Assembly: GCA_030704615.1 (NCBI GenBank)
Contig: CM060731.1
Span: 28,582,001 to 28,646,000 of the forward strand
Direction: 5' to 3'
DNA length: 64,000 bases
DNA from: Takakia lepidozioides
Lineage: Eukaryota; Plantae; Bryophyta
The notes under the pieces are model-generated. The model made no database searches, had not been told where the DNA came from, and saw only the letters and a program-made list of their open reading frames with translations. Positions 37,849-51,087 of this stretch are shown piece after piece. The position numbers were made by a program, and so were the translations under genes. Position 1 is the first letter of the stretch. Every line of letters begins with the position of its first letter.

Positions 37849-40800
37849 ACACCGGTGGTGCAAGTTGTTTCCTTGCCATTGTTGTGGGACACAATGGAGG
37901 AGATGTATGGAGCCACCAAGGGGCCACACAGGTACTCTGGGGCGGTGGGCACCATCGAGTTGAATGACTTTATCCAAGAGTTTGATAGTTGGTGTGACTT
38001 GCAGCAAATGCGCAATCCACAACTGTTTACGCCTTTCATGGCATGGAAGGGGTTGTTTCAGCACCTTGAGGGGCCGCCCATGGATGATTACCATGAGTTT
38101 ATGTGGGGGCATGATGTTGAGATCGAGGAGTGGAGGATGTATTTTTTTAGCTATTACATTTGTAGCTAACATCTGTAAGTCATTTTACAATATCACTATT
38201 CATAATTTGTAGGCACTAGAGGGACAATGGCAGCAGCCACACCGGCAACAGTGGGGCTAGTGGTACAGAGACTGAGACGTCCACCCAAGTCACTGCTGCA
38301 CCAGCACCAATGCCCGTGCCTGCCTTCAACCCTGCTGTGGAGTTCTTCGAAGAGTTGAGAAGGAACTACCAAGGGGTGAGGACAGAGAAGTTGAGGAGCT
38401 TGCAAGAGTTCCAACGGAAGTCTACTAAGAGCTTGAGGGAGGCTTTTACTCGCATGAGGCGCTTGATAAATCTAACCCAAGGGGTTACGGAAGCTCAGGC
38501 AGTCCAATTCTGGTATGGGATATTGGGCAAGGAGCTGAGGAGAAGGATGCGGGATGCAACTCTCCTACAAGTGGCCCAACCCACCTTAGCAAATGTGTGG
38601 GGATAGAGCGGATAGAGCTCAACATGGTGGAGGAACGAGTGGTCATGGTGGGATTTGCTAAGGAGACACCACGGGGTAGTGGTGCTCTTAGTTTGCCACT
38701 ACCCCAACGTGCTCAAGGCAACAAGGAGGCTCAAATGAAGCCCGAGGAAGGACGGAGAGGATCTCAGATGCCGGGATCTCTCTATTCATTTGTAGGCCAA
38801 CAATGGGCGGATGTGGTGTGCTGGACCCCATGTCAAGAAGAATTGCCCAGAGGGATATAATGGGTTGGCACAGGCACAGCCTACACAGTTGTAGTGTGGG
38901 CATTGTGGGAAGTACGGGCATGGAGAAGCCCAGTGCTATGGTTTTGATCCTGAGTTGCGCCTAGGCCAATTCCAAGGGAACAATGGTAGGCGGGGGTGAG
39001 GTGGAGCAACACAGAGAGGACGAGGTGGCCAGGCACGAGGTGCAGGCCAAGAGCAAGCTCAACATGGCCAGGGACGTGGAGGTCAGGGTGTTGATCAAGG
39101 CATGGGCAACAGGCTTCAGCAGCTAGAGTAGAGGCTCGCTGCCATGGCCACAGCTCAGGTGGTACCGGCTCCAAGGCCGGATGGTCCACCTCCTGCTCCT
39201 GAGGGATGAGACATGGGAGGCATGGGATTCATGTGCGGGGTAGCACTACACTAATGAGGGGTGCCACTGTCACTACCACTATGTGTGGGCCACCACGACC
39301 ACTAGTGAGAGGAGCCACTACCACTACCACTATGGGTGGGGCACCATTACCACTAATGAGGGCAACACTACCACTAGTGCAGGTGGAATCTGCTGCTGCC
39401 TTGACTCAAGGAGCAGCACGAGTTCCTGAGCCACGAGGTGCAGAGGTGGAGTTGGATCCACAGCATGGGGAGGCAAGCCGTTAGGCCAGGCTTCCTCAGT
39501 CATTCACATTGGCGGAGACAATGTCGACACCATCTATGGTCCTCGAAGGGGTGGTCTTTATCCAGTACCAACGGTGTGAAATGATCCTTTGCCTTGCGCC
39601 ATGCTTCAATATACAATGGTCTGTTTACATATGCTGAAGTGCCCAAGACTCTCTCTGATGGTTGGAATTTGGGTAATTCCCAGTGGGTATCCTTGTCAAT
39701 GCTCTGATATCACTGCCAGCTTGCCCGCATTGTGACGAACATCATGTACAAATAGCTGCCAATGTAAAAGCTTGGGCAGCCCATTACCACATCAACTGCT
39801 GGGGTGGGGTTGATCTTCAATTGTCCCACTGCCCACATGTAAGCTACCAACTCCTTGTACTCTAGGGGAGCTTGGCGCCAGAATTCTACCAACTCTGCTT
39901 CTGACCATGTCTCATCTTTGCCAATTGGCCGCATTCTGTATGTCAAGGGTATGAGCGTTTGATTGACTAGATGCAGCTGGCCTAATGATTTGCAGGGGCT
40001 TAAGGCCTTGAGTACATTTTCCAACATGTCTGGGATTTGCTGGGGCGGAATGATCATCATCTTAAAGTATTCTTCTGAATACTTGAACCATTCCCCATCT
40101 CGTTTGCATGGCATGATGTGAAAATCGTCCACTGCTGCCGAAGCTGATGCCACAAGAATGCACAGTGGTTATCCCTTGGTTGGATGGCCCTGCTGTGGCC
40201 TGTAGTTGCGCCCCTTCAAGCTATGGTGGTTGTATTGCTGGTAGCGTCTGTGCTGGTGTTGTTGTTGTTGATTATACTTGTGCTCCCTGTTCTTATTCAT
40301 GGTCGTGTTCCTCCTGTTGATCCTCGTCCATTAGCTCTTCTTGTTCTGTAATTGCCTCGTGAATGTCTGTCACCAATTTGCCAGGGGTGTTCCTAAGTTG
40401 CCTGGTAATTGATTTGTCAGTATGCATGAAAGAGGCCCAGCATCCCGCTGTTTGCATGTGAGTCTAGCATCTTGTGGAGATAAAGAGGTAACCCTTTTCG
40501 TCGATTCCACCCATGCACAATCAAGGAGGGCAAACATGTAGTCTGTTCTCCATCTTGTATTGTCTGCCATCATAGCAGATAATTTCACATATGCCATAGT
40601 CAGCACCCTAGAGGTGCGATTCCCTCGGAGGGTTCCGATCCTTCATCTTCCTCCTTCCACCTGCTTCACTTTTGTTGGTGGTTTATTACTTGATACTGCA
40701 AATGAATGAAATCCACAAATTCTGCTGCTTCAGTTGCTTTGCGGAGTTGTACAATCAGACTCGGGGCTATCATGAGTTGGGTACTTCATATCAGAAACTG

Positions 40801-41536
40801 GTCGCTTCTCGTTACACTGACGGAAGTGTTCTATAATACACACGTGTAAAGTGGGCTCCGGTGAATATTACTGAAAGGCACAGAGAAGGAAGGTGGAGAA
40901 AATGCCACATGGGCCGCGAGTGCAATTGTGGGGCATTGCGTATTTGCGCGAAAGCCGGAAGCGTCTATGGCGGGGCACTCTTTCTTCCTCGTAGCACGGT
41001 AGCTGTAATCTCTTACCTGGGGCAACTGAAGTTTCGATTTAAGCTGCGTTTTTTCTAGGTGTGGTGTTTTTGCGGAGAGTACTTGCACTTCCCTCCACTG
41101 CTTGTTTTATGGTTGCGTGTGATTTGATTCTTTGTTGCGAGCTTGTCTCGTCTTTTTTGGGAGTCAGAAGCTTCGATTGGAGCCTGTGATATTGACATCA
41201 TTGAAGTAGTTGACTTGGGTTTCATCTTATTAGAGAGGCAGGTACATTGTGTTGTCTTTCTTCTCTGTTTATGGTTCGGTGGCAGCACAGCTTGTATGTT
41301 GTTTGAGATAATTCTTTACTCCTATGAGAAGGAACGAGCCACATTGCTTGGTGTAACTGGCAGGCTAACAAGGTTGTCGAGTAGCGAATGCTGCTTGTCG
41401 TCCCTGTCTTGAATTACCTCTGCTCATTCCTATTTCTTCTGTGTCAGAGGGCTTGCATCTGGGATTGACAGAGCAAGTTCACTGAGAAGATTACGGAGTG
41501 AGACGCTTGTTGCCTATCGACTCTGAAGAAGCGTTC

Positions 41537-41851
41537 ATGTCGCCGGGGGTAGTATTAACACAGGTGGCTCAGGGTCTCGGAGTTTTGGCTGGCATCTGGG
41601 CAGTTAAGTCAATTCTAAATGCACAGCAGGACGAGCCGATGACAGGTGGTTTTCCGAGATGTCCTTCATGCAATGGGTTGAGAAAAGTGCCATGCTTATG
41701 CACGAGGTGGTCAGATAATGATGTCGGCTGCAGGACCTGCAGCGGGACAGGCATGATGAGATGCAGCAGTTGCGGAGGGTCGGGGACAGGAAGACCCATA
41801 CCTGTAGAGATTCGTGCTTCGAACAATCGAGGAGGAAGCCAAAGGACCTAG
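41537..41851 (+). CDS. Small DnaJ-type cysteine-rich zinc-finger protein
   Basis: MSPGVVLTQVAQGLGVLAG N-terminus; CPSCNG, CLCTRWSDNDVGCRTCSGTG, CSSCGGSGTGRP (CxxCxGxG repeats). Confidence 0.9.
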   Translation: MSPGVVLTQVAQGLGVLAGIWAVKSILNAQQDEPMTGGFPRCPSCNGLRKVPCLCTRWSDNDVGCRTCSGTGMMRCSSCGGSGTGRPIPVEIRASNNRGGSQRT

Positions 41852-42065
41852 AGTTAGCTACATACTCATAAGTTCTTCCGCACAGTGGTGTTTCTTTTGC
41901 TCTCTCATTGATATTCACAGGTCTCACGGTAATCCACCAATCTGTTCATCAACTCTGCTTCTCTGCAGTGTATAACCACTTAATTGGTTGTCCTAGATGT
42001 AGCGGGGTTTTATGCGTTCAGTAACAACCTAATAAAGTATTACTGTAATCTAGAGACAGGCTTTC

Positions 42066-42415
42066 ATTGGAATTGTGACAGGAAGGGATACTTCAGTAAT
42101 TCAGGAGAGGATGATCGTAGGTGTCTCCCCATTCAGTATGACGTTGAAGCCGGCAAAGTAAGCGAAGCTTTTGCTGGAGGAAGGTATACATTCAGTAATT
42201 CAGGAGAGGATGATCGTAGGTCTCTCCCCATTCAGTATGACGTTGAAGCCGGCGGCAAAGTAAGCGAAGCTTTGCTGGAGGATAGCCACATTGGAATTGT
42301 GACAGGAAGGGATACATTCAGTAATTCAGGAGAGGATGACAGTAGGTCTCTCCCCATTCAGTATGACGTTGAAGCCGGCAAAGTAAGCGAAGCTTTGCTG
42401 GAGGATAGCCACATT
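42066..42415 (+). repeat. Three-copy tandem repeat with a unit of about 110-125 bp
   Basis: ttcagtaattcaggagaggatga...ccccattcagtatgacgttgaagccggc...gctggagg occurs three times. Confidence 0.95.
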
Positions 42416-44564
42416 CAGAGAATGGCCAGATGCCTCACATTCAGAGGATGGCAACATTGTTTACAAGTAACATACCTGATCATATAGGTGGCGATGATCA
42501 CTGATTTGCAAGTACTGGTCCAAGGATCAACCAGCAAGATCAATCAATTTGAGGTTGATACCTTTCTGATTTGCTAATGGAAGTGGCAAACTTTTGCACA
42601 TGTGTGCAGGAATGCCTCTTTGGTCTATGTTTGGAGCACTTGCAACCAATGTCTGCTGTGTGCTATGGGTGTCTGCTTGCACTATTGTGGTGCAATCAAT
42701 CTGTTTCCCAACAGTAGATCAGTCTTACAGAGTACACAGTTTGACTTCCTATGAGAACACGTTTGCTGCATGTGCAACCACTCGACCTGCATAGTCTCCC
42801 TGAAACCAGCTCTCTTCATAGTGTTTCATCTTCATCTTCCCAACCCACCATATGGTTGGTCAACTGGCCCTTAACTTCATCCATCAGGTGGCAATTCAAA
42901 GTGCCCAAAAGCAGTAGAATCACAAGACAACACTTCAGACTTAATATAACTGCTGCTTACCTGTGAAGACATGCAGGAAAGACCGAGTGCAACCTGACCA
43001 CATGCATTCTTGAACACAAATTGGTTTTCGCTCATGATGAGATATATCACCATGACAGCCTAGCAAACTCTGAACGCACATTTGAGAGGTAACCTGTGAT
43101 AGCCATGTCCAAGGTAAAGACTAGCACTAGAGTTTCCAAAGACTAGCACATACATAGGCATCAGGACAAAACACAACGAAAAGTCCCATGGAAGACCAGA
43201 CAATACAAAGAGGAAGAAACCCAGGATCGTCAATTTAAGAGTATGGGACGAATGTACAACAATAACCAGCTGATATTACACAATGCTGATTTCTTCAATT
43301 CACTTAGGGTGAGATGGATAGAAAAGGTGAAGGCCCATTGGCCTATCTCAACCACCGGTTATGCCCAAGCCAATGATTCTGCATGGATATGGATGCAGCC
43401 GTGTATACATGAACTCCATACAAGTGACCTTCAACAACAGCATATTTCCAGCCAAGTATCTACCTTCTGCCTGCCAACATTCCTATCCTAAGGCAAATGG
43501 CTCACATGTTTCATCTGCACAATCGTCCTCACAAAGGGAAGCAATGTCCTTGTCAAAGGGGTCCAGCCAGTTTAATTCTGCACTTAGATCCAAGAGAACC
43601 TGTCCATGACAGCTGCACAAAGCAGGATCCAGCCATCTACTGTAGATTGAAAGACCTCGTGGGAGATTTGTTTCCTGAAAAAAATCTTAGGATGATGGGC
43701 GCTCGAGACAACATTTACCTCACTTATTTTCCCCCTGCCCATGCTTATCTGGAAACTCAAGCCTAACAGTTCTCAAGCAGCTTCCCCAGTTTGGAAACTT
43801 CTAGATAACATGGAGAACAGGATACCCAACCAAATTTTTTTGGGCTTAGCCCACATGACCTGCACAACATCTCTACAAATGTAACCTTCAAAACCAGCAG
43901 ATTTGCTGCCAAACTTCAACCTTCATCCACAGCAACCAGCCATGGTAGTCATACAGAACTGACCGAGAGTTTTCACATACTTAAGGTACTATACATGGAT
44001 CTCTTCTATGTCCGCCTGCTCCTCCTTAGAAAGCTCAGTTATGCTCCCCTGGCAGGGTACATCCATTTTCAAACATCTTATTGAACTCCAGAGGATCTGC
44101 CTATCGCAGATCACCACCGGTGCAGGCTCCAGCCATTCCCTATCGTCTTGATGTCCCAGAAATTTCTCCATTGAAAACAAAAACTTGAACTCTTAAGATG
44201 ATCGGTAATACAGACAACATTCCCCCACACTTATGCAGGCCCCGCTGGCCGGCGTGAATAACTACTGGAAGCTGGAGTCTAGCCTACAAACTAACCACGC
44301 TAAAGTTAGTCTCTGCGAGCGAAATCCAAAAGATGCAACGGCTTTCAAAAGGGGTCTGCCCACTCGGCAACCCTTCCCTATACAAAGCGAGTACCACGCC
44401 CAAGATATGCTCATAACAAGGGGGCATGGCTCTCAGGATTCGATCATTCAAGCACAATCATTCACGGATTCATGGCTCTCATAGATCGGTCATTCAAGTA
44501 CTCTGATTTTCAGTAAGTCTAGCATCTAGAAGACTACTAAGAAGATGTCGCAACTTGCCACCAC

Positions 44565-44957
44565 TTAAGCACTCAACCTTGCCTTCTTTGCAGCAGATGT
44601 TGCCCTTTGCTTGACGACAGCGGCGAAATTCTCCCAAGGGAGGTCCGGGGGCAGGGCCTGAAGAGAAGTTGGTGAATCGGCAAAATTGTAAGGAATTTTC
44701 TTCTTAGTGTAAAAGATGCCCACATCGTACGCCCTAGCAGCTTCCTCCGCCGTCTCGTATGTCCCCAGCCATATCTTCCGCTTCTGCGAAGTGGGCCGGA
44801 TCTCTGTAACCCATTTGTTAAGCTCCGGCCGATGCCGCACTCCTCTATACGAAGACCCCGCCTCTGCGCCATGAGACTCCGGCTCCCATGGTTGATTTAG
44901 ATCTATATCTATATTCCTCACAAGCGGTGATGACGACGGTGCTGCCTGTAGAAGCAT
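44565..44957 (-). CDS. AP2/ERF transcription factor with an N-terminal EAR-like DLNxP motif (130 aa, intronless)
   Basis: [19 protein letters not shown]...[19 protein letters not shown]2 domain; IDLNQP. First in-frame ATG at 44957. Confidence 0.9.
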   Translation of the reverse strand: MLLQAAPSSSPLVRNIDIDLNQPWEPESHGAEAGSSYRGVRHRPELNKWVTEIRPTSQKRKIWLGTYETAEEAARAYDVGIFYTKKKIPYNFADSPTSLQALPPDLPWENFAAVVKQRATSAAKKARLSA

Positions 44958-45642
44958 GCCCCTCCTCCTACTACACCCCCCCTCCTTCTCCACAAAGTCA
45001 ACCGCACCACACACCCCAACGAACAATCTTCGCTCCTCTCCCTCTCCCTCCTTCACTCTCCCTTCTTCAGGTCTCGCTCAAAACTCCCTCCTTGTCTCTG
45101 CTCTCTCCCTCCTATCTCTGCCCAGATTTCAGCACCGACACAGCCACAACCGACACCCACGGAATGAGCTCCGTAGCGACGCAGACGCTGTGAGCATCTT
45201 GCGAAGGGGACCACAACAGCAAAGAGGCTCTGCGGCCGAAAGCGACAGCTGGGGTTTGACTGCTGGGTGGCTGTGCGGGTGTGCGGGGCGGGTCGCGGCA
45301 TTTAACTCTGCGACCCGCCCTGCTCGCTGCGCGCACCCCCATCTCTCGCAGCGCTGCCCGGGCGCCTCATCGCCGACATGTGGCGATGGCGCTGAGGCCG
45401 GCGCAGGCCACGCGTTGGGCCGTTCGCGGCCTGCAACCAAACTGCCACCCACATCCAGCGGTGTCGATGCATCATTCTTTGCTTGCAAGGCTTGCAACCC
45501 TGCGTCAAGCTGTCGGGGCGGTGGTTCGATCCCATCGCCTCCTTCGGATCCATTTTGGCTCCGAATGTTTGCGGTTACCGTGCTTTCTATTTCGAGGAAA
45601 AACCAGAGACTCAGTGCTTCTCAGGGAGTCGCTCAGATTCGC

Positions 45643-45750
45643 AAGACTTGCAGTAGTCGGTAAATATTTTCGACTTCTCTTATGATCTTTACGAAAGACT
45701 TGCAGTAGTCGGTAAATATTTTCTGACTTCTCTTATGATCTTTACGAAAA
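45643..45750 (+). repeat. Tandem duplication of about 54 bp upstream of the ERF gene
   Basis: aagacttgcagtagtcggtaaatatttt...gacttctcttatgatctttacgaaa occurs twice. Confidence 0.9.
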
Positions 45751-48700
45751 CTGTTTTGACGTGAAACAAACCGCTTGCGGTTTGTCCGGAGGTGACCATT
45801 CAACTACGTTTGAAAAAGTGAAACAAAGCTGTATGGTGAAAGCGGATCTATAGGGTCCAATAGTTATTTGGAAAGAAGTTTCCCTTTTAAAAAACAGAAA
45901 AAAAAGAAGTTAGGTAAGTTGTTGCGATTAAGTGGTTCCACTTGACGTTTTAAAAAAAAAACAAATAACAGAGGACGGCAGCCTGCGCCTCATTCTATTG
46001 GCTCGAGATCAGGGAATGAAGCCGCGGTTTATTTTGGAATTATTTCCCATTATTGAAGTATATTTGTATACAAATATAAAGCTGTGTGTTAGGTGAGAGC
46101 TTGTCCAAACCGGCAAACAACTGTTGGGATCACGAATGGTGAGCTCCATGGTTTGATTGGAGCGTAGTGATCTGTCGGTACGGCACGGGCACTTGCAGTT
46201 TTATCTTTGCAGTATATGACAATATCATTGTTCGGTCAGTTTTCCTACTACCGTGCTGATAGCTTGTAAGCTATACGACAATCAAATTTCAGAGAAAAAA
46301 TATTATATACAAAAGAACCAATCATTCATTGTATATCGTCTGATTTTTTTCTTCTATTCGTCCATAAACAAGATTTTTTTTGTTTTTGATTGTGGACTGA
46401 GGTACTAGGTAACCTGACAACACATTGTTTGGTAAGGACTCACTTAATAAATTGGGTACACATCACTACAATGGGCCGCGGAAAAGCCATGTTTGTCCAA
46501 GTCTTGGCCTACAAATGTCCCTTCCCTTATCTGCAATCCTCGGCCTTTATCTATTAATCTAATGCATATCTCTTTCACAAAGGCACGTATGTTCGTGTGT
46601 TCCACCTCACCCCCAGAGTTGCCTAGCTGCCTATCATTCCACAACCCCATCCATCCGGGTAAATCGTCAGACGCTGGTGGTCATCCAACGATGGTCTTTT
46701 GCCATCAGTCCATTCACATTGCTTTGTTGTAGTCCCATTGACATGGGTCTCCTTGGCCCATAGTCGCCTTAGCCATCCTTTACGATCATGCTATAGACGC
46801 AAGATTGACATTCATGCAAAATGAAGCTCCATAATCCAAGAAGAGAAACGATTAGTCCCATTAATAAAGCGGTCGAGTTTAAAATGTTTACTGCATACCA
46901 GATTCCATGATGGTCTACTGTGGGCTCGTTTACATAACGGTCTACTTAGGTGTTCATTGGTCTTCTTTTTTGTATAGTATTACTTGATTCTACTGTGATC
47001 CCACACATACATATAACTTATGTATCGAATTTCATTTATCTCTACATCTACATCATTGACAATGAAGGCATTTGGGTGCCATTGTGGTGAATATGACAAT
47101 ATGTTATCCCCGCAAGGTTGTATATGACAACCTAATGAGATCGCAACAAACTACCATGGGTGGGTTCTATAGATCCCAACCAAATGAGATCCTCTGGAGC
47201 CCAACCCCCACATGAGCAATAGCCACAAGATGAAGTGGCTCTTAGTTAGGGCACCATGATTCCCTTCAACCATGTGTTGAACACCATCAATGTGTACATA
47301 TGAAACCGCTTATGTCAAGCACTTTATGTAATGATATTTAATATTTTACGCCCCCCCCCCAAGGAAACGTACTACAAGTATAGAGGAAGGCCCTGAGTGG
47401 AGGGCGGTACAGCCGGTGCTCCTTGAATTTTATGCCCAGCGGTACCGCCCTCGGCCCTATGGCAAAAAATTCAAGAGGCGCCCGACATGAGGGTCTTCCT
47501 CTGCGAAAAGAAATGGGATGATTTGTTTTTACTTTCATCGTTTCTTTTGATGATGAAAAGAAATGGGACTAGTGAAGGAAAAGATCTTGGAGGTACAAGA
47601 TAAGGAAAATGTCGCACCTGTGCATTACACAGATCCGCCGGGTCCGGGTTTTCTTTTGGAACCAAGTCCAGGTCCGGATCTAGCTTTTTGAAATTTAGAA
47701 AATCCAGGTCCGGGTTCGGATCCGGGTAGTTGCTGGAAAATATTAGCGGGTTCAGGGGCTCGGATCCGGGTTCGAATTAATTGATTAAATGAATTAGGAA
47801 AAAAATATTTGTGGCTGGAAAAGAAACTAAATCCTAATGGTGAATTTTATCTTAAGATATATTCCTTCAAAATGTTCCATGAATATATATGGCTCATTCA
47901 TAAACTACACGCATGATGACACAAGAATTAAAATAGAATGTGAATTCCATTCTTCGATATCAATTCTTAAACATGTTAATATGACGCCCAAGGAAGCATA
48001 AATTGTGGTGTCACTTGACCTTGGGGACTACGGCCTTCGAGTAGGAAAGGTGGACAACTTTGTGACACCAATCCATGGATTGAACCCACAACCACTTTTG
48101 AGGTGGTATGTGCCTATTACCACTCAGCTACACTTGGTTGTCGATATGGCCTACCTTGAGTGGTGGGGATTGGCTAGTGCAACGTCCTCCTGCTGATCGC
48201 CTCCACACAAATTGCAAAACAACCACATCACATACCCCACTCTAGAGAGGGAGGAGGAGTAGTATCTACGATGAGCTCATCCGGTGAGGGAGAGAGAGGC
48301 CGCTCTCAAGGTCTCTGAGCAAGTACAAGGTAAGTATCGTATATTAATTTTTGTAAAAGAATCTTATACCTATATACATGTATTTATTAGAATTAAAACC
48401 CTGACCCTCTACATTGGCCCGGGGGTATAACAGGTTCTGGCAGGCGTGTCCAAGTTCATTTTAGGAATGGACCGAGATGAGGATGAGGGTCAAGGTTTAT
48501 GGTGATGACACGGGTTACCCTCCAACCTGCCGGGTACCCCGGGTCAAAACCCGGACCCTCACAAAACTGGAGGATACCTTTGTGACATCCAACGGACATA
48601 CGTGGTTTGGAATCCACAACCACTAGGAAATGGTAATATGCCCAAGTCAAGGATTTTACAAGAAATTACCTCAAAGATATTATATTTACAGTGTTGAGCA

Positions 48701-49262
48701 GTCCTTAGCTCAACACATATGTGCATTACCATGCTCTCGACTTGTCTCAATGGAAACAAATAAGAGATGGTGAGTGATGGATAAAGACATTAACAGGCCA
48801 TATTCTCTTTTGTAGTATTTGATGATAAGTACAATCTTAGGTGTTAGTAACTTCAATGCACTTTTGAAACAACGTTAATATCCAAGCATGTAGTATTTCA
48901 GATATTCTGTTTTCTACCATCTTCTACCTTTAAAATGTGTATTAACATGTCCCATGTCATCAACTGGCTTATCACAAAGATCATTCACATGTAGTTTGTT
49001 TTTCTTAGCCATAACATGACACGACTCTTAATATCTATGGAGCTGTTGTAATATGAGGAGCGCAACATGATACCTCAAGTATGTGGAGTATGATAGGCAG
49101 CACTAGCTCTAACACAAGTATCTTCTTTAAGGTCTTTTGAGATTGAGTGTAAAATTGAGGTTCTTAGAATCCTTCCCAGGCTCTACAAAGTCTACCACAC
49201 AATTTATGGTACATATGCAGCTTTCTCACTAACAAATGCACTAGGAAAATCTTGTGGTTTAA

Positions 49263-51087
49263 CCCCTAAACTCCCAACCGCGGGCCCAAATTGGGTCTTG
49301 ACACATTTTCTTTTGCTCATAACTTTTGCAGATCTTGATGGAATTTCCCCAAAAATGGACTGTGGATTTGGGGGGTCCGTGGCGGCTATGGAGGTCTGTT
49401 CCCGCGTTTGGTTATAGAGGTCTCGAGTTCCCGCGCGTTTGCAGATGGTCTGACTTGTCTTCGCGCGCTTCTCTCATACTTGCATCATAGCTTGCTTGTG
49501 GCAGCAGACCGTTGTGTGGTTTTGTAGGTTACCGTTGAGTACTCGTCTTCCTCTACTACCCGCCTTTCATTGTGAGCTCTTTTCGTTATCCTCCTGGTCT
49601 CCCCTTCCAGCAACACCAACACCATTGTGCGCAACATTTGTCTGCGAGGTGAATGCTTCATGTTTTGGCTGTACTGGTGCTTCATTGTGAGTTCGATGGT
49701 GTCAAATCCCCCCTGTTTTGTGATTTACCAAGGCAATGGGGTACTCTGAGGTCCCTCCCCCTGCTCCTTCTCATTTATCCGGCAAGGCAAATGTCATATC
49801 TAGTTGGGCTAGGACTAGGTGCTTCTCCCAAACAGATTGCCAAACTGTTAGACGCTTTGAATGATGAGTATTTGGTGAGCTTGGAGGGCCCTGCATGAAT
49901 CTGTTTGGCCTGCCTTCCCTCAGCCAAACAATGGCGATGATGATGCCGATGGGTAACAAAGAGGGAGTATCAACCTCTCTGCAGTTATCCTTCTATGTGG
50001 TTTGTCTTTGTCTTTGTTTGCATACACAGTTCACATGCCTAGGAGTAAGTGGGTATATGTTGGCATTATCCTTGAAAAGGTTCTACTATGTGATAGAGCT
50101 TGGCTACAACGTCATCATAGTTCATAGACAGATTTGGACTTGGGTAAAGTGTTATGTTTGCTTATCATTGTCATGCTTCAGGTTACAATTACATTGCTTT
50201 GTATGTGGCTGGTGTAGCAGATTTGCTGCAAGTCCTGGGCGTGAATTTGTGGTATTTTCGTGGCTGCTGCAGACTATTTTTTTGTAGTCTATGTAGGACT
50301 GGTTGTATGTGGCTGATATAGCAGATTTATGTAGTTTGTGCAGTGCTGCGATTCCACTTGATTAGCCACAATTCTGAAGTGGAGATAGATAGTGTCAGTT
50401 CCTGACTATGGGGTTCATTGTGGTATCAGCAACGGAAAGGTAAGACATGTCGCTTGTGTGTGGTAGTTTCCATTAAATTAGAGTATCATTGTAGTATAGA
50501 AGTAGGATCATAGGGACAGTTACTGGGCCCCTTCCAAGCGAGGGTGCACAAAGGGGATAATATGTCCCTCCTTGTGTTCATGTACGGGTAGACATATGGG
50601 TTTGAGTCCCACTCATGCATGGTAGGCTTGAGGGCATTCTTCATTGCTGCTGTAACATGTGAAAATGGGCCTGGCAAGCTCCTGGTTTGGTCCAAGAGAC
50701 ACTCCTCTTGCTTTGACCAACTGCCAGCATCTGTACACTTGGCCAAATTTCTTACTTTTTGGTTTGTTGGATGTAGTGTGGTGGGGATGACCAGTGAGAT
50801 GCATCAGCCCAATCCATTTCCATCCCGTCATCCAAACTTCAAGCAAACCACTTCCAAATTGGTTTTTTTTTTTTGGGGCCCCAAAATGGACCCCACATGC
50901 AACGGTGGCATTTTCTTGATTTCCATCCGATTGCACTGGAATTTGGCACGTCTATGCAGGGGGGAGGTGGGAAGATATTGTCCGGTCAAAATTTGAAAAT
51001 CCCTCGATTCCCGGAAATTACAGCAATTTTTCATCCAAGGGATACTCTTTTTGGGAAATGTCAAACTTATCCTTGGGCGTTTAGGGG
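49263..51087. mobile_element. piggyBac-like non-autonomous DNA transposon (1825 bp)
   Basis: TTAA|cccctaaactcccaa ... ttgggcgtttagggg|TTAA. 15-bp TIRs match at 14/15 and begin CCC; TTAA lies on both sides. Confidence 0.75.

Larger units (their letters stand above)
32767..39590 (+). mobile_element. Older LTR retrotransposon gag relic, split by the chromovirus at 32916-37848
   Basis: Gag-like RYSGAVGTIELNDFIQEFDSW and LQEFQRKSTKSLREAFTRMRRL. CCHC knuckle CGHCGKYGHGEAQC at about 38895-38936. The frame rejoins across the insertion. Confidence 0.75.

Noticed and set aside
42066-42415. CRISPR-like array
   Set aside because: Units are contiguous duplicates with no unique spacers, in a eukaryotic context with no cas genes.
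44956-45685. Long plus-strand ORFs (235 and 134 aa)
   Set aside because: GC-rich promoter/leader antisense to the ERF gene, with no domain motif.
47615-48570. hAT-like element with CCGGATCC/CCCGG subterminal repeats
   Set aside because: Probably a transposon relic, but no matching TIR pair or TSD could be defined.
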